The notes under the pieces: generated by a model
Seen by the model: only the letters and a program-made list of their open reading frames with translations
Databases searched by the model: none
Told to the model about the DNA's origin: nothing
Translations under genes and position numbers: made by a program
Source: Oscillospiraceae bacterium
GTDB taxonomy: Bacteria; Bacillota; Clostridia; Oscillospirales; Oscillospiraceae
DNA length: 64,000 nt
NCBI GenBank assembly: GCA_016296235.1
Contig: JAEDJR010000001.1
Location: 8,582 to 72,581 of the forward strand
Reading direction: 5' to 3'
Shown: one piece after another, positions 57,311 to 64,000 of the stretch
How positions within the stretch are numbered: position 1 is the first letter of the stretch
Layout of the letters: every line of letters starts with the position of its first letter

Positions 57311-59761
57311 TTGGTCGCGTTGGTTGCAGTATCTGCCGCAGTATTCGCCAGTGACAAGCCATACTCCTATTCGATCGCACCCGGCCTGGACGTTCGTCCG
57401 GGCATGCGGGTCATTGTTCCCTTTGGCCGGGCAAACCGGCGATGCGAGGGGATTGTGCTGGATGTGCAGGAGAAGAATCCGGAAGGATTGAAGCACATCG
57501 AGCGGGTCATGGATCAGGAACCGGTTCTGTCGGAAGACTTCCTTCGTATGGCGGCATTTCTGCGGGAGCGGTACTTCTGCACGTTCTATGATGCCATGAA
57601 GACCATGCTGCCTGCGGGACTGTGGTTTGATACGGCGGAGGCCTATGAACGAACCGAGCAGCCTCTGACAGAGAAGATGCTGTCAGCCTATCCCATGGCA
57701 GTAAAAATTGTTCAAATCATAGCAGAACACGGCGGCTCCGTCCCTGCCGGTGATCTGAAAAAATGCTTTCCGTCAGAATTGGACGAGCTGGAACGAACGG
57801 TACAGCAGATGCTGAAAAAGAAGCTGCTTCGTTCCAACCTGGACTTTTCCAGAAAGATTCATGATAAAACGGAGAAAATCGCGGTTTTGGCGGTTCCTGC
57901 GGAGCAAGCCATGGTTTATGCCGAACGCAAACGCCGTGCTGCACCGCTGCAGGCGGAAGTGCTGCGGCTGCTCTGCGCGGTGGGGAACGGAAGCGTCAAG
58001 GAGCTTTGCTATCTCACAGGCGCATCCCGGCAGACGCTGAGCCGCCTTGAAAAGCTGGGGTGGATCACCACAACGGTGCAGGATGTGTTCCGGACGGCAC
58101 TTCCGTCCGGCGTCGCACCGGCCGAGCCGCTTCAGCTCAATGCGGAGCAATCCCGGGCTTTTGATGCATTGCTGTCCCAGAGCCGCCAAGATCGGCCCGG
58201 CGTCAGTCTCCTCTATGGTGTGACGGGAAGCGGAAAGACATCCGTCTATCTGGCGCTGATCCGGCAGATGCTGGATCAGGGTCTTGATTCGATTTTGCTT
58301 GTTCCGGAAATATCCCTGACGCCGCAGCTCATCCGCCTGCTGATGTCTCATTTCGGAGAGACCGTGGCGGTATTGCACAGTGCCCTTCGCGTCTCCGAAC
58401 GCTATGACGCCTGGAAACGGATCAGGCAGGGACAGGCCCATGTGGTCATCGGAACCAGATCGGCTGTCTTTGCCCCCGTCCAGAAGCTGGGGCTCCTCAT
58501 TGTGGACGAGGAGCAGGAGCATACCTATAAGTCTGAAAATTCACCCCGGTACCATGCCAGAGAGGTGGCAATCTATCGGGGAAGCAAAGAATCGGCGTTG
58601 GTCGTGCTGGGTTCCGCGACACCGTCGGTGGAAACCATGCACCTGGCCAAAACCGGCGTTTATACGCTGCACCGGTTGAACAACCGGTATAACGGGAAGC
58701 AGCTGCCCCGGGTTGAAATCCTGGATATGAAGGAGGAAATCCGGCAGGGGAATAGCCTCTGTCTCAGCCGCCCTCTGCAGCAGGCACTGGCAGAGAATAT
58801 CCGCGATGGCAGGCAGAGTATTCTGTTTCTCAACCGGCGCGGCGCAGGGCGTTGTGTGATCTGCGTGGAATGCGGAGAAGTTCCCCAATGCCCCAGATGC
58901 AGCGTCAGTCTGACCTATCATGCGGCGAACCACCGCCTGATGTGCCACTATTGTGGATTTTCCCAGCCGGTTTTTCAGAGGTGTCCCATTTGCGGCGGTG
59001 CCATGAAAACAGTTGGAACCGGAACCCAGAAGGTGGAACAGGAGATCCGGCAGCTGTTTCCGGATATTGAAGTTCTCCGGATGGACGCGGATACTGTATC
59101 TGCCGCCAACAGCCACGAGGCAATCCTGGAACGCTTTCAGAAGGAGAGAATCCCGGTTTTAATTGGCACCCAAATGGTCACCAAGGGCCTGAACTTTGAA
59201 AATGTAACCTTGGTCGGTGTGGTTGACGCCGATATGTCGCTCTATGTCAATCATTTCCGGGCTGCTGAAACGACGTTCTCCATGCTGACGCAGGTGATCG
59301 GGCGTTCAGGACGCGGTGAAATGGCGGGCCGGGCCATGATCCAGACCATGACACCGGAGCATACGGTGATTTCCCTGGCGGCGCAGCAGGACTATGACGC
59401 CTTTTTTGACCTGGAGATCACCATGCGGCAAATGCACCGCTGTCCGCCCTTTGGAGATTTGTTCTCCATTCATTTTTCCGGCCCCTTTGAGACCCAGACA
59501 CAGGCGTCCGCCTATTGGTTCCGTCAGCAGCTGGAGGCTGCCATCGGCCAGTCGGAGTTTGCAAATGCAGGGTATCAGGTGCTGGGGCCTTCTCCGGCTG
59601 CCGTAGCAAAGGTGAACAACACGTTCCGGTATGGCCTGACGCTCCGCTGCGCCAACAGCCGGGCGCTGCGGCTGCTGCTGGCGCAATTGCTGAAGCGGTT
59701 TTCAAAAGAAAAATGCAACAAGGGAATTACCGCGTTTGCGGATATCAATTCTTATGAATAG
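57311..59761 (+). CDS. priA: primosomal replication restart protein N' (PriA helicase)
   Basis: TTG start with AGGAGG SD. Walker A GVTGSGKT. DEEQ box (VDEEQEH). Cys-rich Zn motif CVECGEVPQCPRCSVSLTYH...CHYCG....CP.CG. Confidence 0.95.
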   Translation: MVALVAVSAAVFASDKPYSYSIAPGLDVRPGMRVIVPFGRANRRCEGIVLDVQEKNPEGLKHIERVMDQEPVLSEDFLRMAAFLRERYFCTFYDAMKTMLPAGLWFDTAEAYERTEQPLTEKMLSAYPMAVKIVQIIAEHGGSVPAGDLKKCFPSELDELERTVQQMLKKKLLRSNLDFSRKIHDKTEKIAVLAVPAEQAMVYAERKRRAAPLQAEVLRLLCAVGNGSVKELCYLTGASRQTLSRLEKLGWITTTVQDVFRTALPSGVAPAEPLQLNAEQSRAFDALLSQSRQDRPGVSLLYGVTGSGKTSVYLALIRQMLDQGLDSILLVPEISLTPQLIRLLMSHFGETVAVLHSALRVSERYDAWKRIRQGQAHVVIGTRSAVFAPVQKLGLLIVDEEQEHTYKSENSPRYHAREVAIYRGSKESALVVLGSATPSVETMHLAKTGVYTLHRLNNRYNGKQLPRVEILDMKEEIRQGNSLCLSRPLQQALAENIRDGRQSILFLNRRGAGRCVICVECGEVPQCPRCSVSLTYHAANHRLMCHYCGFSQPVFQRCPICGGAMKTVGTGTQKVEQEIRQLFPDIEVLRMDADTVSAANSHEAILERFQKERIPVLIGTQMVTKGLNFENVTLVGVVDADMSLYVNHFRAAETTFSMLTQVIGRSGRGEMAGRAMIQTMTPEHTVISLAAQQDYDAFFDLEITMRQMHRCPPFGDLFSIHFSGPFETQTQASAYWFRQQLEAAIGQSEFANAGYQVLGPSPAAVAKVNNTFRYGLTLRCANSRALRLLLAQLLKRFSKEKCNKGITAFADINSYE

Positions 59762-59770
59762 AGGGATACT

Positions 59771-60265
59771 ATGGCACTGAGAAACATTGTTACGGTGGGG
59801 GACAGCGTCCTGAATACGGTTTGCCGTCCTGTTACGAAGTTTGATAAGCGGCTTCATGTGCTGCTGGATGATATGGCCGACACCCTGGCGGATGCCAACG
59901 GTGTGGGTCTGGCCGCGCCCCAGGTGGGGGTTCTGCGCCGGGTAGTTTTGGTGGATACGGGAGAAGACGGCGTTTTGGAGCTGATAAATCCTGTCATTAC
60001 GGAACAGAGCGGCGAGCAGACCGGCTTGGAGGGCTGCCTCAGCGTGCCCGGTCAGTACGGCATTGTGACACGTCCCAATGTGGTGAAGGTGCGGGCACAG
60101 GATCGCTTCGGAGCGTGGTTTGAAGCGGAAGGGGAAGGCCTGACCGCCCGCTGTTTCTGTCATGAATTGGCGCATCTGGACGGACAGCTCTATACGGCTG
60201 TGGCAGACCGGATGCTCACGCCGGAGGAACTGGAAGAACTGGCAAGCGAGGACGACGAAGCATGA
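59771..60265 (+). CDS. def: peptide deformylase
   Basis: GVGLAAPQ, EGCLS and HELAHLDG motifs. Confidence 0.95.
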   Translation: MALRNIVTVGDSVLNTVCRPVTKFDKRLHVLLDDMADTLADANGVGLAAPQVGVLRRVVLVDTGEDGVLELINPVITEQSGEQTGLEGCLSVPGQYGIVTRPNVVKVRAQDRFGAWFEAEGEGLTARCFCHELAHLDGQLYTAVADRMLTPEELEELASEDDEA

Positions 60266-61185
60266 AGCTGGTATTTATGGGAACGCCGGAGATTGCCCGC
60301 ACATGTCTCAAGCGCGTCTGCGAAGCCGGCTATGAGGTGGCAGGCGTGTTTACAAAGCCGGATACGCCGAAGAACCGCGGGATGAAGCTGGCCATGTCTC
60401 CGGTGAAGGAATATGCGCTGGAGCAGGGGATCCCCGTCTTCCAGCCCGTGACATTCAAGGACGAGGCTGTGCTGGACACGCTGCGGGAATTGCAGCCGGA
60501 TCTGATTCTGGTGGTGGCATATGGCAAGCTGCTGCCCCAGCGTGTGCTGGATCTGCCGCCTCTGGGCTGCATCAATATGCATGCCAGCATTCTTCCCGAG
60601 CTTCGGGGCGCCGGACCGGTGCAATGGTCCATTCTCAACCATTGCCGGGAAACCGGTATTACCGCCATGTATATGTCCGCCGGTATGGATGAGGGCGATA
60701 TCATTCAAGTGGTCAGGACCCCAATTGATCCCATGGAAACCGGCGCCGAACTGATGGACCGGCTGGCTGATCTGGCTGCCGGATTGGCTTGCGATACCAT
60801 TCGTGCTGCTGTGGACGGCACCATCACCAGAACGCCGCAGGCGCACGAGAAAGCCACCTATGCGCCCATGCTGACCAAGGCATTGTGCCCCATCGATTGG
60901 TCCCAGAGCCTGCAATACGTCATTGACCAGGTTCGCGGGCTGATTCCCTGGCCGGTTGCAACCACCGTAATTCAGGGAAAAACCTTCAAAGTGTTTCGCG
61001 TGGAGGATGCGGGCTATCAGACCAATGCCGAGCCGGGAACACTCCTTGCTCTGTCAAAGCGGGGCTTGGAGGTCGCCTGCGGCGGCGGGCAGGCCGGCTG
61101 CATCACACAGCTGCAGGCCGAGGGCGGTAAGCGCATGTCTGCCGCAGATTATTTCCGCGGACATCCCATCAATCTGAAAGCGTAA
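60262..61185 (+). CDS. fmt: methionyl-tRNA formyltransferase
   Basis: MKLVFMGTPE...INMHASILPELRGAGPVQW... Confidence 0.95.
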   Translation: MKLVFMGTPEIARTCLKRVCEAGYEVAGVFTKPDTPKNRGMKLAMSPVKEYALEQGIPVFQPVTFKDEAVLDTLRELQPDLILVVAYGKLLPQRVLDLPPLGCINMHASILPELRGAGPVQWSILNHCRETGITAMYMSAGMDEGDIIQVVRTPIDPMETGAELMDRLADLAAGLACDTIRAAVDGTITRTPQAHEKATYAPMLTKALCPIDWSQSLQYVIDQVRGLIPWPVATTVIQGKTFKVFRVEDAGYQTNAEPGTLLALSKRGLEVACGGGQAGCITQLQAEGGKRMSAADYFRGHPINLKA

Positions 61186-61194
61186 GGTGTCGAT

Positions 61195-62502
61195 ATGAAT
61201 GCCAGAACCACAGCCCTGGCGGCTCTGATTGCCTGCAGAAAGCAAGGCGCCTGGGCCGACGGTGTCTTAAAAGAATATATTGTCAGGGATAAGCTTGACA
61301 AGCGGGATGCTGCCCTGGCCAGCAGGCTGTGCTATGGTGTTCTGCAAAACAGGATGCTGCTGGACTTTGAGATACAGGCGTGCCTGAACGGGCCTCTCAA
61401 AAAGCTTCAGCCGGTTGTCCTGGATATTCTGCGGCTTGGAATGTTCCAGATTCTGTTTCTGGACAAGGTACCTGTCTCTGCGGCAGTCAATGAGGCGGTG
61501 GAGCAGGGGAAAAAGTATGCCAATCGCAGCGCGGCCGGCATGATTAACGGCGTTCTTCGCCATGTAGCCCGGGAAAAGGAGCACCTGCCGGTTCCGGAGA
61601 GCCTCAGCATACGCTACAGCCATCCGGAGCCGTTGGTGGAACTTCTGAAGGAAAATGTCGGCGCCGATCAGATCGAGGCGCTTCTGGCCAGCCACAACCA
61701 AACGCCGAAGACCCTGATTCAATTGAATCCGTTGGCAGGGGAGCCAAAGCGTCTTTTGGAGGAGTTGCAGGACAGCGGCTTGACTCTGGAAGCGCACTCC
61801 TGGCTGGAGAATGCCTATTGGATTTCCGGTACGGGCAATCTGGAGACTCTTTCCATGTTCCGGGAGGGTGCGTTCTTCGTGCAGGACGCAGCGGCAAGGC
61901 TGGCAGTGGAGGCTTCCGGTGCGGCGCCCGGCATGCATGTGCTGGATTGCTGCGCAGCGCCCGGCGGAAAGAGCTTTTCCGCCGCGATCATGATGAACAA
62001 CAGCGGCGCGATCCTTTCCTGCGACCTTCATCCGCACAAGATCCAATTGCTTGAAAAAGGTGCGGAGCGGCTGCATATTTCCATTATGAAAGCAAAATTG
62101 CAGGATGCCACGGTGGACGTTCCCCAGTGGCATGATGCGATGGACGTGGTTTTGGCGGATGTTCCGTGCTCCGGACTTGGCGTGATTCGCAAGAAGCCGG
62201 ATATCCGCTATAAGGATTTGTCCAGGCTGTCCGAACTGCCGGCTGTGCAGCTTCGGATTTTGGAGACGGTTTCGTCCTATGTGAAACCGGGCGGCGTGCT
62301 GCTGTACAGCACCTGCACCATCCTCCACCGGGAGAATGAGGCTGTGGTCCGGCAGTTTCTCCAGACACACACCGGCTTTGAAACGGAGTGCTTTGCACTT
62401 CCCCGGGCGCTTGGGGGTTCCTGCGCGGGTATGTTGACGCTGCTGCCCCATGTTCATGATACGGACGGGTTCTTTATCTGCAGAATGAGGAGAAAGGCAT
62501 GA
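61195..62502 (+). CDS. rsmB: 16S rRNA (cytosine967-C5)-methyltransferase
   Basis: NusB-like N-domain. SAM site DCCAAPGGKS. Catalytic DVPCSGLGV and TCT (STCTI). Confidence 0.92.
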   Translation: MNARTTALAALIACRKQGAWADGVLKEYIVRDKLDKRDAALASRLCYGVLQNRMLLDFEIQACLNGPLKKLQPVVLDILRLGMFQILFLDKVPVSAAVNEAVEQGKKYANRSAAGMINGVLRHVAREKEHLPVPESLSIRYSHPEPLVELLKENVGADQIEALLASHNQTPKTLIQLNPLAGEPKRLLEELQDSGLTLEAHSWLENAYWISGTGNLETLSMFREGAFFVQDAAARLAVEASGAAPGMHVLDCCAAPGGKSFSAAIMMNNSGAILSCDLHPHKIQLLEKGAERLHISIMKAKLQDATVDVPQWHDAMDVVLADVPCSGLGVIRKKPDIRYKDLSRLSELPAVQLRILETVSSYVKPGGVLLYSTCTILHRENEAVVRQFLQTHTGFETECFALPRALGGSCAGMLTLLPHVHDTDGFFICRMRRKA

Positions 62503-63533
62503 AGCAGGACATCAAATCGATGAATCTGACGGAAATGACGCAGGCGCTCCAGGCTCTGGGCGAGCCGCAGTTCCGCGCAAAGCAGATCTTCACCTGGCTG
62601 CACAGAGGTGCGCGGAGCTTTGATGAGATGACCAACCTTTCCAAGCCGCTTCGTCAGAAGCTGGACGCACAATATGAAATCACTGTCCCGCAGATTGTCC
62701 GGAAGCAGCAATCCGCCAAGGACGGAACCATCAAGTATCTCTGGAGGCTGCGGGACGGTAACTGCGTGGAGACCGTTTTGATGCGGTATCATTACGGGAA
62801 TTCCGTGTGCATCTCCTCGGAGGTTGGCTGCGCCATGGGCTGTGCCTTCTGCGCGTCTACCAAGGGCGGCCTGGTTCGCCGCCTGGCACCGTCGGAAATG
62901 GTGGATCAGGTGCTGTTTGCCTCCTTGGATTCCGGCCTGGAGATCTCTAATATCGTCCTGATGGGAATCGGAGAGCCGCTGGATAATTATGATACAGTGC
63001 TGCGCTTTCTGGAGCTGATTAACAGTCCCGACGGTATGAACATCGGTATGCGGCACATCAGCCTGTCCACCTGTGGATTGGTGGACAGAATCAACCGGCT
63101 GGCAGAGGAGAAATTGCAGCTGACGCTGTCTGTATCGCTCCATGCGCCGCTGAACGAGATCCGGTCAACAATCATGCCGGTGAACAAACGGTATCCCGTA
63201 GAAGTGCTGCTGGAGGCCTGCAAGGCATACTATCAGAAGACCGGCAGAAGAATATCCTTTGAATATGCGATGATCCGGGATCTCAACGACTCCAGAGAGA
63301 TGGCTGAGATTCTGGCAAAGAAGCTGGACGGGATTGCCGCCCATGTGAATTTGATTCCCTTGAATAATATCGAAGAAAGTCCCTTGAAACCCAGTACCAG
63401 AAAGACTGTCATGGAATTTCAGCAGGTATTGGAAGGGCATGGAATTCCGGCTACGGTTCGCAGAACCCTGGGGAGCGATATTGACGCTTCCTGCGGCCAG
63501 CTTCGGAGAAAATACGAAAGCAAGGAGGCATGA
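62499..63533 (+). CDS. rlmN: 23S rRNA (adenine2503-C2)-methyltransferase, radical SAM
   Basis: CAMGCAFCAS radical-SAM cluster, GIGEPL and C-terminal GSDIDASCGQL. Confidence 0.95.
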   Translation: MKQDIKSMNLTEMTQALQALGEPQFRAKQIFTWLHRGARSFDEMTNLSKPLRQKLDAQYEITVPQIVRKQQSAKDGTIKYLWRLRDGNCVETVLMRYHYGNSVCISSEVGCAMGCAFCASTKGGLVRRLAPSEMVDQVLFASLDSGLEISNIVLMGIGEPLDNYDTVLRFLELINSPDGMNIGMRHISLSTCGLVDRINRLAEEKLQLTLSVSLHAPLNEIRSTIMPVNKRYPVEVLLEACKAYYQKTGRRISFEYAMIRDLNDSREMAEILAKKLDGIAAHVNLIPLNNIEESPLKPSTRKTVMEFQQVLEGHGIPATVRRTLGSDIDASCGQLRRKYESKEA

Positions 63534-63535
63534 CC

Positions 63536-64000
63536 ATGCAAGCATGGGGATTGACCGATCCCGGTATGATGCGCACCCAGAACCAGGATTACTACAGCAT
63601 TCTGAAATTGAGCCGGGATCAGCTGCTGGTTATTGTCTGCGACGGAATGGGCGGCGCCAGGGCCGGCAACATTGCCAGCAAAATGGCTGTGGAGGTTTTT
63701 ACCGGTGAAGTACGCCGCACGGTCCGCAGCAATATGCGGCAGGATCGGATTGACAGTATGCTTTGCGCCGCCCTGGAATTGGCGAACAAGGCTGTTTATG
63801 AGCAGTCCAAACTCAGTGAAGAGTATAAAGGGATGGGAACGACGCTGGTGGCGGCCTTTTTCCAGCGTGACCGGGTGACCATTGCCAACGTGGGTGACAG
63901 CCGGGCCTATTTGTTTAATAAGGATGGTGTTTCCACCATCACCACAGACCATTCTTTGGTTGAGATGATGGTACAGCGGGGAGAATTGACCCGGGAAGCA
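63536..64000 (+). CDS. stp: PP2C-family Ser/Thr phosphatase (Stp/PrpC), N-terminal fragment running off the window
   Basis: LTDPGMMRTQNQDYY...VCDGMGGARAGNIAS...GMGTTLV...ANVGDSRAY. Canonical position after rlmN. Confidence 0.88.
   Translation, partial: MQAWGLTDPGMMRTQNQDYYSILKLSRDQLLVIVCDGMGGARAGNIASKMAVEVFTGEVRRTVRSNMRQDRIDSMLCAALELANKAVYEQSKLSEEYKGMGTTLVAAFFQRDRVTIANVGDSRAYLFNKDGVSTITTDHSLVEMMVQRGELTREA

Overview
This is a core chromosomal segment from a visibly GC-rich, spore-forming Firmicute. I infer it is Clostridia-like from the spoIIIA genes, an SLH-domain protein, a T-box leader and the gene order. It carries about 80 tightly packed protein genes, most of them housekeeping.

Gene order:
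- spoIIIAE (partial)-AF-AG-AH, asp23, nusB, a tsaD-like paralog, xseAB, ispA
- a ~1.1 kb ORF-free gap whose 3' ~630 nt look like OLE RNA
- oapA-like, dxs, tlyA, nadK, argR, recN
- a tandem GNAT protein and a GNAT-like gene
- Tyr T-box leader -> membrane M28 peptidase -> tyrS; then asd
- an envelope O-acylation cluster (SLH-SGNH, DUF4358, MBOAT, DHHW)
- queA, GNAT, tgt, yajC, feoAB
- a somewhat AT-richer islet (NYN/LabA-like nuclease, IclR, DUF1540, J-domain/DUF5685 pair)
- yihY, nrdR, DUF4363/DUF421, split chrA, ruvCAB, glmM, a Zn-ribbon protein
- a complete minus-strand his operon (yerC-hisZ-G-D-C-B-H-A-F-IE)
- rnpB (RNase P RNA)
- murD, ispDF, DUF3343 plus a class V aminotransferase, cdaA-cdaR, yicC, remA, gmk, rpoZ, priA, def, fmt, rsmB, rlmN, stp (partial)

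I saw no rRNA, tRNA, CRISPR array, transposase, integrase or recognisable defence island.

Most notable observations:
- the OLE-like large ncRNA in its canonical ispA/oapA/dxs context, apparently with its own promoter, plus an unexplained 360-nt spacer upstream
- an inverted-repeat-bounded structured element and a coupled 5-codon uORF in the murD leader
- a Tyr T-box controlling a membrane M28 peptidase together with tyrS
- an overlapping DUF5685 / cysteine-string-like J-domain gene pair

All protein identities come from reading motifs and architecture by eye. No database search was run.
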